The position numbers and the translations under genes were made by a program. A stretch of 64,000 nucleotides of DNA from Octopus vulgaris (Eukaryota). The first letter of the stretch is position 1; every line of letters begins with the position of its first letter. The notes under the pieces are model-generated. The model saw only the letters and a program-made list of their open reading frames with translations, was not told where the DNA came from and ran no database searches. Where the stretch lies: positions 174,468,001 to 174,532,000 of the forward strand of contig OX597816.1 of NCBI GenBank assembly GCA_951406725.2. The letters are read 5' to 3'. Below are positions 50,948 through 63,170 of this stretch, piece after piece.

Positions 50948-51519
50948 TATATAAAGTAACACACAACTATCAAAACAATTTTCAAAAACTATTTTGCAGA
51001 TCTGTGTAATTTATGAATATCCTTATAACTCTTCACAAAGGTAAATATACAAATATTTGGAAATAGAGGAAAGCAATTTCATAAATAACAATGAATCTAG
51101 GATTTTGTGGTCAGAACAAAGAACACCAGTATTTTGTGGCCTTCTAAAAATACACAAAAAATTTCAAAAAATTTCCTCCATTGTGTCCAGTTTGAAGCGG
51201 GTATGAATGTTGCACAGCCAAAATTTCAGAGTGGCTGGATAACATTCTATTCCTTGTAGCAAAAAGATTGAGTTTCTTTATTCTGGAATACTTTTGATTT
51301 TGTGTCTAAAATTAACAATTTTTCTATGCACCAAAGTTGTATTGAAAACTGCTTTTTGGTAACCATAGATGTTTCTTCACTATACCCCAACACTGACCAT
51401 GATGAAAGGGTAGAAACATGCATGAATACCTTTGAAAAATAGCCAAACAAAAGTATTCCATTTAATTTTGTCTGTAAATTATTGAAATTTAAGTTAGAAA
51501 GTAACACAGTGAAATATAT

Positions 51520-51955
51520 AATAATAATGAAATTATTGTATACAGTGCTCAGGTGCACCACAACTGTCAGAAAGTGCATATAAAGTACATGCAGTAATGT
51601 AGAAATGTCTGGAAAGCGAACAATGTATGAGTCAGATACATGCTTGTGTGTTTATGGAGGGGAGAAAATCAAGTGTAGTGTTGGCGAATCTCAGGAAGCA
51701 TGGAAGTTTTGAAGGATGCAGTATTCCGACAACTAACAACCGATGCCGGCAGTTTGTTCCATGCTTCAGCAACTCTCAGCGTGAAAAAATGTTTCCTGAA
51801 GTCATGGGAGCTGTGCTGTTTTCTTACTTTGTAAATATGTCCACGGGTGTTAGATGGGTGGAGTTTGAAAAGGTGCTCAGAGTTATTGTTTGTACAATGG
51901 TTGATAATTTTATGGGTGTCTGCCAAGTCAGCTGCCAGACGTCGGAGTTTCAATG
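51520..51955 (-). mobile_element. CR1-clade LINE 3' fragment nested in the Penelope element
   Basis: LRRLAADL...NTRGH...FFTLRVAEAWNKLP; same family as 42505. Confidence 0.85.
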
Positions 51956-52542
51956 TGGATAAAAATTTTATCTCTGGACAAAGGGATGCACCATGGGTAC
52001 CCCCATGCCAGTTAATTACACTAACATCTTTATGACAAAATTTGAGACACAGTTAATGGAGATATTCAAATGTCATAAACTAATAGTCTTGGTTGTGGTC
52101 AGGAACTAATACTCTTGTTGCTTAGATTGTATGCATGTGAGGCTTCATTTGAGTGATATAACAACACCAAGCTAACATTTAATAGTAACTTTATATCACC
52201 ACACAAGTAATATTGAGGTTGGTCATGAATTATAAAGTTCCACAACAGGTCAACACTATTGAAGGAATAACTCAATAGTGTTCATAAATAGTAGATTACA
52301 AAAAGCTCAGTACAGGAGAAAATATCAACAAATCCAAGTTGAGTGGAAAGTCGTTAAAATGACTATTATAAATGGCAGGAGAGCATGTGGAAGAAGATCA
52401 TACGTTACCACACTCTGCTGGTTGGCACTAAAAACAAGCCTTTATATAACCCTTGTAGAGGATCTAGATCAACCTGTCATGTGAAGTCTGGCTACTGATT
52501 AGCCAATAACTCGATCTCTCATTTGAACAAGGTTGTGTTATA

Positions 52543-52923
52543 TCTCTCTCTATATAAACGGCAGTTTGTCTGTGTGTGTTTCTGTGTGTCTGTTTGCTTG
52601 TACCCTCACCCTGACCACGGCTTTCAACCGATTCTGATGAAACTTGACACACACATAGCCCAATGTCATAATTCAAAACTAACGCAGCGAAAATTTTGAA
52701 AAGTTCCCCCAGTTCTGAAAAGAATCGATAAATTCGACATGGGGTCGACAATTAGAAACACAAACAGCAAACTGTCTAGGGGACGCAACTCCACCTTTTT
52801 TAACTAAAAAAAATTTACCATCATTTTTTTCCATTTTTTTGCTATTTTTTGGCTATAACTCTCTAAAAATGCTTTATAGTTATTTCCCTTACAAACCTGA
52901 GCAACGTCGGGCGATACTGCTAG
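52543..52923 (+). mobile_element. Non-autonomous Helitron with the H1 3' end but a different 5' body
   Basis: A|TCTCTCTCTATATAAACGGCAG...GAGCAACGTCGGGCGATACTGCTAG|T. Confidence 0.85.
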
Positions 52924-54310
52924 TCATGACTAAAACTTCATAATTTGATTACTTGTTTTTGAGTCTTGTCTTGCTACACTTTGGTTACATTGATGATATC
53001 TTTTTTGCCTGAAAAGGATCACAGGATAGTTTAGTTAACTTCTTGCATTTCTGTGATTGCTTCACAAATCAACTATGGCTTTAAGTCCAATATAAAATTC
53101 TCATCAAGTGTCTCAAAAACCAGCATCAAATTTTTGAACACAAAAGTCAAGTTTTCAGAAGCATGAATAGAGTTATTTTGCAAACCCATATCCAACATTT
53201 ATCTTCATTGCTGTTCCAATCATCAACACCATACAATTAAGTCAAATCCAAAGTCGTAGTTTTTGAGGATAAAATGGATTTGTACTGATATAAGGGAAGC
53301 AGGCAAATGCTTTTGTGCACCATTGTGTCAAACACACTTATAATGAATCATAATTAAAGGAAATTGCAAATGACAGAAAGGAAAGTCAAATCAGAAAGGA
53401 AAGTCAAACTTTCATGCCTAATTTTAGCAGCCAAAATAAAACTCATGACTGAATTCTTTTAGTGATTAACTAATACCAAAATTTTTCTGGCATTTCAAAA
53501 GTGTTGCAAGAAAGTTATCAACATGTTTCAGAAAAATATCCCTGCTTCAAGCAAATATTTCCTCATTCACCTATTATAGCCTTTAGACACAATAAAAATA
53601 TAAGACAATTATTAATCAATAAAAAATAAAACAATTCCATTGTACACTGAAAAAAGCTACAAGAGAGGTAGGCCCTGATCAATATGCAACAACGTGAGTG
53701 AAGTCAACTCTATCACAAATTATAACAGAAATGTTATGATTTATATGGAAGGTAGGATCTGTAAAGGTTCCCATTTGGAGTACACAGTGGAATGCACAAA
53801 ACACAACTTGGTTTATGTTGGTTACACAACAGAGAAATTGAATAAAAGATTCAAAGAGCATAGGTATAATGTTAGGTACAATAACAGGAGTTTGATGGAA
53901 CTCGCTAAACATTTTACATCAAACAGCAGTAAACTTGAGGAATATCTGAAAGAACACATTCTTAGAGAACATTCTGACTCCACTGCACTTTCAGTTCTCA
54001 AAATATATGAGGATAAATATATTTGTGAACTAGCAGAGATACTTGGCATTGTTCAGAATTAAAATGGCATATTTTGTATATATATATTACATTCATGTTG
54101 ACAACAAAACATTTGTGGAGTAAATGTTAAAGATTTGCATGAATGACAATTTGAATTTAGCACACCAAATTAGACAGAATTATCATTTTTATAAGAATGG
54201 GATGGATCATATCTGAAAGCAGCTCCAGGTGTTGTGAAGAACGAATTTGTACATGATCTGTTTCTGAGAGCTATTCTATTGGACCTCTGTGTAATGTGGC
54301 ATGCTAAACA

Positions 54311-57300
54311 TCATTTTAATGGTTCAGCATTAAGTGCTGCAACAAGCCTTTGCTGATCTTGAGAAAGTCTCATCTCCTTTGTCGCTTGGGACTCCATCTG
54401 ATGTGCTGCAACAAGCCTTTGCTGATCTTGAGAAAGTCTCATCTCCCTTCTCTCTTGGGACTCCATCTGATGTGCTGCAACAAGCCTTTGCTGATCTTGA
54501 GAAAGTCTCATCTCCCTTCTCTCTTGGGACTCCATCTGATGTGCTGCAACAAGCCTTTGCTGATCTTGAGAAAGTCTCATCTCCCTTCTCTCTTGGGACT
54601 CCATCTGATGTGCTGCAACAAGCCTTTGCTGATCTTGAGAAAGTCTCATCTCCCTTCTCTCTTGGGACTCCATCTGATGTGCTGCAACAAGCCTTTGCTG
54701 ATCTTGAGAAAGTCTCATCTCCTTCTCTCTTGGGACTCCATCTGATGTGCTGCAACAAGCCTTTGCTGATCTTGAGAAAGTCTCATCTCCTTTTCTCTTG
54801 GGACTCCATCTGATGTGCTGCAACAAGCCTTTGCTGATCTTGAGAAAGTCTCATCTCCCCTTCTCTCTTGGGACTCCATCTGATGTGCTGCAACAAGCCT
54901 TTGCTGATCTTGAGAAAGTCTCATCTCCTTCTCTCTTGGGACTCCATCTGATGTGCTGCAACAAGCCTTTGCTGATCTTGAGAAAGTCTCATCTCCCTTC
55001 TCTCTTGGGACTCCATCTGATGTGCTGCAACAAGCCTTTGCTGATCTTGAGAAAGTCTCATCTCCTTCTCTCTTGGGACTCCATCTGATGTGCTGCAACA
55101 AGCCTTTGCTGATCTTGAGAAAGTCTCATCTCCCTTCTCTCTTGGGACTCCATCTGATGTGCTGCAACAAGCCTTTGCTGATCTTGAGAAAGTCTCATCT
55201 CCCTTCTCTCTTGGGACTCCATCTGATGTGCTGCAACAAGCCTTTGCTGATCTTGAGAAAGTCTCATCTCCCTTTCTCTCTTGGGACTCCATCTGATGTG
55301 CTGCAACAAGCCTTTGCTGATCTTGAGAAAGTCTCATCTCCCTTCTCTCTTGGGACTCCATCTGATGTGCTGCAACAAGCCTTTGCTGATCTTGAGAAAG
55401 TCTCATCTCCCTTCTCTCTTGGGACTCCATCTGATGTGCTGCAACAAGCCTTTGCTGATCTTGAGAAAGTCTCATCTCCCTTCTCTCTTGGGACTCCATC
55501 TGATGTGCTGCAACAAGCCTTTGCTGATCTTGAGAAAGTCTCATCTCCCTTCTCTCTTGGGACTCCATCTGATGTGCTGCAACAAGCCTTTGCTGATCTT
55601 GAGAAAGTCTCATCTCCCTTCTCTCTTGGGACTCCATCTGATGTGCTGCAACAAGCCTTTGCTGATCTTGAGAAAGTCTCATCTCCCTTTCTCTCTTGGG
55701 ACTCCATCTGATGTGCTGCAACAAGCCTTTGCTGATCTTGAGAAAGTCTCATCTCCCTTCTCTCTTGGGACTCCATCTGATGTGCTGCAACAAGCCTTTG
55801 CTGATCTTGAGAAAGTCTCATCTCCCTTCTCTCTTGGGACTCCATCTGATGTGCTGCAACAAGCCTTTGCTGATCTTGAGAAAGTCTCATCTCCTTTTGC
55901 TCTCTTGGGACTCCATCTGATGTGCTGCAACAAGCCTTTGCTGATCTTGAGAAAGTCTCATCTCCCTTCTCTCTTGGGACTCCATCTGATGTGCTGCAAC
56001 AAGCCTTTGCTGATCTTGAGAAAGTCTCATCGCCCTTCTCTCTTGGGACTCCATCTGATGTGCTGCAACAAGCCTTTGCTGATCTTGAGAAAGTCTCATC
56101 TCCCTTTCTCTCTTGGGACTCCATCTGATGTGCTGCAACAAGCCTTTGCTGATCTTGAGAAAGTCTCATCTCCCTTCTCTCTTGGGACTCCATCTGATGT
56201 GCTGCAACAAGCCTTTGCTGATCTTGAGAAAGTCTCATCTCCCTTCTCTCTTGGGACTCCATCTGATGTGCTGCAACAAGCCTTTGCTGATCTTGAGAAA
56301 GTCTCATCTCCTTCTCTCTTGGGACTCCATCTGATGTGCTGCAACAAGCCTTTGCTGATCTTGAGAATCTCTCCTTCTTGGACTCCATCCTGATGTGCAA
56401 CAGCCTTTGCTGATCTTGAGAAAGCTCATCCCTCTCTTGGGACTCCATCTGATGTGCTGCAACAAGCCTTTGCTGATCTTGAGAAAGTCTCATCTCCCTT
56501 CTCTCTTGGGACTCCATCTGATGTGCTGCAACAAGCCTTTGCTGATCTTGAGAAAGTCTCATCTCCCTTCTCTCTTGGGACTCCATCTGATGTGCTGCAA
56601 CAAGCCTTTGCTGATCTTGAGAAAGTCTCATCTCCCTTCTCTCTTGGGACTCCATCTGATGTGCTGCAACAAGCCTTTGCTGATCTTGAGAAAGTCTCAT
56701 CGCCCTTCTCTCTTGGCACTCCATCTGATGTGCTGCAACAAGCCTTTGCTGATCTTGAGAAAGTCTCATCTCCTTTCTCTCTTGGGACTCCATCTGATGT
56801 GCTGCAACAAGCCTTTGCTGATCTTGAGAAAGTCTCATCTCCTTCTCTCTTGGGACTCCATCTGATGTGCTGCAACAAGCCTTTGCTGATCTTGAGAAAG
56901 TCTCATTGCCCTTCTCTCTTGGGACTCCATCTGATGTGCTGCAACAAGCCTTTGCTGATCTTGAGAAAGTCTCATCTCCTTTCTCTCTTGGGACTCCATC
57001 TGATGTGCTGCAACAAGCCTTTGCTGATCTTGAGAAAGTCTCATCGCCCTTCTCTCTTGGGACTCCATCTGATGTGCTGCAAAGCATCTTGAGAAAGTCC
57101 ACGCCCTTGCTGATCTCTGATGTGCTGCAACAAGCCTTTGCTGATCTTGATCTCATCGCCCTTCTCTCTTGGGACTCCATCTGATGTGCTGCAACAAGCC
57201 TTTGCTGATCTTGAGAAAGTCTCATCTCCCTTTCTCTCTTGGGACTCCATCTGATGTGCTGCAACAAGCCTTTGCTGATCTTGAGAAAGTCTCATCTCCC

Positions 57301-60300
57301 TTCTCTCTTGGGACTCCATCTGATGTGCTGCAACAAGCCTTTGCTGATCTTGAGAAAGTCTCATCGCCCTTCTCTCTTGGGACTCCATCTGATGTGCTGC
57401 AACAAGCCTTTGCTGATCTTGAGAAAGTCTCATCTCCTTTCTCTCTTGGGACTCCATCTGATGTGCTGCAACAAGCCTTTGCTGATCTTGAGAAAGTCTC
57501 ATCGCCCTTCTCTCTTGGGACTCCATCTNNNNNNNNNNNNNNNNNNNNNNNNNNNNNNNNNNNNNNNNNNNNNNNNNNNNNNNNNNNNNNNNNNNNNNNN
57601 NNNNNNNNNNNNNNNNNNNNNNNNNNNNCTTGAGAAAGTCTCATCTCCTTTCTCTCTTGGGACTCCATCTGATGTGCTGCAACAAGCCTTTGCTGATCTT
57701 GAGAAAGTCTCATCTCCCTTCTCTCTTGGGACTCCATCTGATGTGCTGCAACAAGCCTTTGCTGATCTTGAGAAAGTCTCAGACTCCATCTGATGTCTCA
57801 TCAAGCCCTCTTGAGAAAGTCTCATTCCCTTCTCTCTTGGGACTCCATCTGATGTGCTGCAACAAGCCTTTGCTGATCTTGAGAAAGTCTCATCTCCCTT
57901 CTCTCTTGGGACTCCATCTGATGTGCTGCAACAAGCCTTTGCTGATCTTGAGAAAGTCTCATCTCCTTCTCTCTTGGGACTCCATCTGATGTGCTGCAAC
58001 AAGCCTTTGCTGATCTTGAGAAAGTCTCATCTCCTTTCTCTCTTGGGACTCCATCTGATGTGCTGCAACAAGCCTTTGCTGATCTTGAGAAAGTCTCATC
58101 TCCCTTCTCTCTTGGGACTCCATCTGATGTGCTGCAACAAGCCTTTGCTGATCTTGAGAAAGTCTCATCTCCCTTCTCTCTTGGGACTCCATCTGATGTG
58201 CTGCAACAAGCCTTTGCTGATCTTGAGAAAGTCTCATCTCCTTCTCTCTTGGGACTCCATCTGATGTGCTGCAACAAGCCTTTGCTGATCTTGAGAAAGT
58301 CACATCTCCTTTCTCTCTTGGGACTCCATCTGATGTGCTGCAACAAGCCTTTGCTGATCTGAGAAAGTCTCATCTCCTTTCTCTCTTGGGACTCCATCTG
58401 ATGTGCTGCAACAAGCCTTTGCTGATCTTGAGAAAGTCTCATCTCCCTTCTCTCTTGGGACTCCATCTGATGTGCTGCAACAAGCCTTTGCTGATCTTGA
58501 GAAAGTCTCATCTCCTTTCTCTCTTGGGACTCCATCTGATGTGCTGCAACAAGCCTTTGCTGATCTTGAGAAAGTCTCATCTCCTTTGTCTCTTGGGACT
58601 CCATCTGATGTGCTGCAACAAGCCTTTGCTGATCTTGAGAAAGTCTCATCTCCTTTCTCTCTTGGGACTCCATCTGATGTGCTGCAACAAGCCTTTGCTG
58701 ATCTTGAGAAAGTCTCATCTCCTTCTCTCTTGGGACTCCATCTGATGTGCTGCAACAAGCCTTTGCTGATCTTGAGAAAGTCTCATCTCCTTCTCTCTTG
58801 GGACTCCATCTGATGTGCTGCAACAAGCCTTTGCTGATCTTGAGAAAGTCTCATCTCCTTCTCTCTTGGGACTCCATCTGATGTGCTGCAACAAGCCTTT
58901 GCTGATCTTGAGAAAGTCTCATCTCCCTTCTCTCTTGGGACTCCATCTGATGTGCTGCAACAAGCCTTTGCTGATCTTGAGAAAGTCTCATCTCCCTTCT
59001 CTCTTGGGACTCCATCTGATGTGCTGCAACAAGCCTTTGCTGATCTTGAGAAAGTCTCATCTCCTTTGTCTCTTGGGACTCCATCTGATGTGCTGCAACA
59101 AGCCTTTGCTGATCTTGAGAAAGTCTCATCTCCTTTCTCTCTTGGGACTCCATCTGATGTGCTGCAACAAGCCTTTGCTGATCTTGAGAAAGTCTCATCT
59201 CCTTTCTCTCTTGGGACTCCATCTGATGTGCTGCAACAAGCCTTTGCTGATCTTGAGAAAGTCTCATCTCCCTTCTCTCTTGGGACTCCATCTGATGTGC
59301 TGCAACAAGCCTTTGCTGATCTTGAGAAAGTCTCATCTCCTTTCTCTCTTGGGACTCCATCTGATGTGCTGCAACAAGCCTTTGCTGATCTTGAGAAAGT
59401 CTCATCTCCCTTCTCTCTTGGGACTCCATCTGATGTGCTGCAACAAGCCTTTGCTGATCTTGAGAAAGTCTCATCTCCTTTCTCTCTTGGGACTCCATCT
59501 GATGTGCTGCAACAAGCCTTTGCTGATCTTGAGAAAGTCTCATCTCCCTTCTCTCTTGGGACTCCATCTGATGTGCTGCAACAAGCCTTTGCTGATCTTG
59601 AGAAAGTCTCATCTCCTTCTCTCTTGGGACTCCATCTGATGTGCTGCAACAAGCCTTTGCTGATCTTGAGAAAGTCTCATCTCCCTTCTCTCTTGGGACT
59701 CCATCTGATGTGCTGCAACAAGCCTTTGCTGATCTTGAGAAAGTCTCATCTCCTTTCTCTCTTGGGACTCCATCTGATGTGCTGCAACAAGCCTTTGCTG
59801 ATCTTGAGAAAGTCTCATCTCCTTTCTCTCTTGGGACTCCATCTGATGTGCTGCAACAAGCCTTTGCTGATCTTGAGAAAGTCTCATCTCCCTTTCTCTC
59901 TTGGGACTCCATCTGATGTGCTGCAACAAGCCTTTGCTGATCTTGAGAAAGTCTCATCTCCTTTCTCTCTTGGGACTCCATCTGATGTGCTGCAACAAGC
60001 CTTTGCTGATCTTGAGAAAGTCTCATCTCCTTCTCTCTTGGGACTCCATCTGATGTGCTGCAACAAGCCTTTGCTGATCTTGAGAAAGTCTCATCTCCCT
60101 TCTCTCTTGGGACTCCATCTGATGTGCTGCAACAAGCCTTTGCTGATCTTGAGAAAGTCTCATCTCCTTTCTCTCTTGGGACTCCATCTGATGTGCTGCA
60201 ACAAGCCTTTGCTGATCTTGAGAAAGTCTCATCTCCTTTCTCTCTTGGGACTCCATCTGATGTGCTGCAACAAGCCTTTGCTGATCTTGAGAAAGTCTCA

Positions 60301-62085
60301 TCTCCTTCTCTCTTGGGACTCCATCTGATGTGCTGCAACAAGCCTTTGCTGATCTTGAGAAAGTCTCATCTCCTTTCTCTCTTGGGACTCCATCTGATGT
60401 GCTGCAACAAGCCTTTGCTGATCTTGAGAAAGTCTCATCTCCTTCTCTCTTGGGACTCCATCTGATGTGCTGCAACAAGCCTTTGCTGATCTTGAGAAAG
60501 TCTCATCTCCTTTCTCTCTTGGGACTCCATCTGATGTGCTGCAACAAGCCTTTGCTGATCTTGAGAAAGTCTCATCTCCTTCTCTCTTGGGACTCCATCT
60601 GATGTGCTGCAACAAGCCTTTGCTGATCTTGAGAAGTCTCATCTCCTTTGTCTCTTGGGACTCCATCTGATGTGCTGCAACAAGCCTTTGCTGATCTTGA
60701 GAAAGTCTCATCTCCTTTCTCTCTTGGGACTCCATCTGATGTGCTGCAACAAGCCTTTGCTGATCTTGAGAAAGTCTCATCTCCTTCTCTCTTGGGACTC
60801 CATCTGATGTGCTGCAACAAGCCTTTGCTGATCTTGAGAAAGTCTCATCTCCTTTCTCTCTTGGGACTCCATCTGATGTGCTGCAACAAGCCTTTGCTGA
60901 TCTTGAGAAAGTCTCATCTCCTTCTCTCTTGGGACTCCATCTGATGTGCTGCAACAAGCCTTTGCTGATCTTGAGAAAGTCTCATCTCCCTTCTCTCTTG
61001 GGACTCCATCTGATGTGCTGCAACAAGCCTTTGCTGATCTTGAGAAAGTCTCATCTCCTTTCTCTCTTGGGACTCCATCTGATGTGCTGCAACAAGCCTT
61101 TGCTGATCTTGAGAAAGTCTCATCTCCTTTCTCTCTTGGGACTCCATCTGATGTGCTGCAACAAGCCTTTGCTGATCTTGAGAAAGTCTCATCTCCCTTC
61201 TCTCTTGGGACTCCATCTGATGTGCTGCAACAAGCCTTTGCTGATCTTGAGAAAGTCTCATCTCCTTTCTCTCTTGGGACTCCATCTGATGTGCTGCAAC
61301 AAGCCTTTGCTGATCTTGAGAAAGTCTCATCTCCTTTCTCTCTTGGGACTCCATCTGATGTGCTGCAACAAGCCTTTGCTGATCTTGAGAAAGTCTCATC
61401 TCCCTTCTCTCTTGGGACTCCATCTGATGTGCTGCAACAAGCCTTTGCTGATCTTGAGAAAGTCTCATCTCCTTTCTCTCTTGGGACTCCATCTGATGTG
61501 CTGCAACAAGCCTTTGCTGATCTTGAGAAAGTCTCATCTCCCTTCTCTCTTGGGACTCCATCTGATGTGCTGCAACAAGCCTTTGCTGATCTTGAGAAAG
61601 TCTCATCTCCTTCTCTCTTGGGACTCCATCTGATGTGCTGCAACAAGCCTTTGCTGATCTTGAGAAAGTCTCATCTCCTTTCTCTCTTGGGACTCCATCT
61701 GATGTGCTGCAACAAGCCTTTGCTGATCTTGAGAAAGTCTCATCTCCTTCTCTCTTGGGACTCCATCTGATGTGCTGCAACAAGCCTTTGCTGATCTTGA
61801 GAAAGTCTCATCTCCTTTGTCTCTTGGGACTCCATCTGATGTGCTGCAACAAGCCTTTGCTGATCTTGAGAAAGTCTCATCTCCCTTCTCTCTTGGGACT
61901 CCATCTGATGTGCTGCAACAAGCCTTTGCTGATCTTGAGAAAGTCTCATCTCCCTTCTCTCTTGGGACTCCATCTGATGTGCTGCAACAAGCCTTTGCTG
62001 ATCTTGAGAAAGTCTCATCTTTTCTCTCTTGGGACTCCATCTGATGTGCTGCAACAAGCCTTTGCTGATCTTGAGAAAGTCTCAT
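54311..62085 (-). CDS. Putative poly-STPR repeat coding segment (frameshifted in this assembly)
   Basis: The frame reads (ESQERREMRLSQDQQRLVAAHQM)n, a 23-aa repeat with E-S/T-x-E-x-R-x-x-R-L spacing. It begins TAG|ATG at 62085 and ends ...LVAALNAEPLK*. Confidence 0.4.
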
Positions 62086-62088
62086 CTA
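54332..62088. repeat. Tandem array with a 69-bp unit, ~110 copies, 100-N gap at 57529-57628
   Basis: Unit GTGCTGCAACAAGCCTTTGCTGATCTTGAGAAAGTCTCATCTCCCTTCTCTCTTGGGACTCCATCTGAT. Variation is almost confined to the CT tract. Confidence 0.99.
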
Positions 62089-62097
62089 CATTAACCA

Positions 62098-62240
62098 ATT
62101 TGGAAATACCTTGCAGTTGCTGTGATAATTATGAATTTTTGTTAATTGAATGGTAGATGTAAATTAACCAAATATAAGCAATTTGGAAATACCTTGCAAC
62201 TGCTGTGATAATTATGAACTGTTAATTGAATGGTAGATGT
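62098..62240. repeat. ~60-bp direct duplication abutting the array
   Basis: AATTTGGAAATACCTTGCA...GTTAATTGAATGGTAGATGT at ~62098 and ~62180. Confidence 0.85.
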
Positions 62241-62742
62241 TCATTTTTATATAACTTGGACGTTCCACATAAATGCTTTTTGTCAAGAGTTTGTGTAGAT
62301 GTATGCGTGTGTTCAATAACATGCATAATGGGCATGCAAACACACACATACTCACAGACACATACACATTCATATACAAAATGTGATGATATGCACACAT
62401 ACACTCTCACATACATACAGTAAGGGAGACACATACAGACATACATTCACACATGTCAGTAGTCACATGTGTATATGTAGATGTATGTGTATGTTTAATA
62501 ATGTACCTAACACAGAAACAAACACACAGTCAGAGAAACATACACACTCATACACCCACACATATACACTCAAAAACACATACACACTCATATATGTGAT
62601 GTCGTCATCATCGTGGTTTGAAATGTCCTTTACTATCCCATACATATTGAATGTGCAAACACACACACAAAATGAAAGAATAAAAGTGAAACAATATTAC
62701 ACAACGGTTTTTGGTAGCGGGAGAAGTGTAATTAGTGTATTT

Positions 62743-63170
62743 GGATCTTTTCGGTTTGAACGGCAGTTTTAACATAATTTCTATGTAACTAAAAAATTTT
62801 AAACTTTGTATACTGGTAGAATGTGTTTATAAAACATCTTTTTCTCTTGGCTTTATTGAGAAAATTCTATAGTTTGTAAGATATTTGTTGCTTTTTTTCT
62901 TCAATTTCTGCAATTTCAACCAATCACTGACATGTATTGAGGTAAAAAAAACATTCTGTGCCGTATGAATATGTCCCTCGTTTAAGAAACCGATTGGGTT
63001 TATTTACATTTGTGAAGAAAAAAAGATACCCTTCTCCCACCCCTAACCCTAACTAACCCTAACCCTAAAACAGACTGAAATGCAAAGGATCGATACAAGG
63101 GTCATAATTATGGGTGACAATTTCATATGACACCGCTAGAAAAAGACTGCCGTTCAAACCGAAAAGATCC
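62743..63170. mobile_element. MITE with a 25-bp TIR, related to the 32743 element
   Basis: GGATCTTTTCGGTTTGAACGGCAGT / ACTGCCGTTCAAACCGAAAAGATCC. Shares AAACTT-GTATACTGGTAGAATGT and AACCAAT with the 32743 arms. Internal CCCTAA repeats; no clear TSD. Confidence 0.8.

Larger units (their letters stand above)
51040..54062 (+). mobile_element. Penelope-like element ORF (RT plus GIY-YIG), decayed, with nested CR1 and Helitron
   Basis: GLLKIHK, LVTIDVSSLYPN, KG-MG-like motif near 51980, YIDDIFF near 52990. GIY-YIG part LVYVGYT...LNKRFKEH...YEDKYI. Confidence 0.8.

Noticed and set aside
54332-62088. CRISPR array
   Set aside because: No unique spacers and no cas genes; it is a head-to-tail repeat in a eukaryotic context.
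54334-62156. Plus-strand and alternative-frame ORFs of the array (MLQQAFADLEK..., LHLMCCNKP..., GDETFSRS...)
   Set aside because: They are by-products of a stop-poor 69-bp unit and resemble no family I recognise, unlike the STPR-like frame.
63040-63070. Telomere or interstitial telomeric array
   Set aside because: Only a few imperfect CCCTAA units, located inside a MITE.
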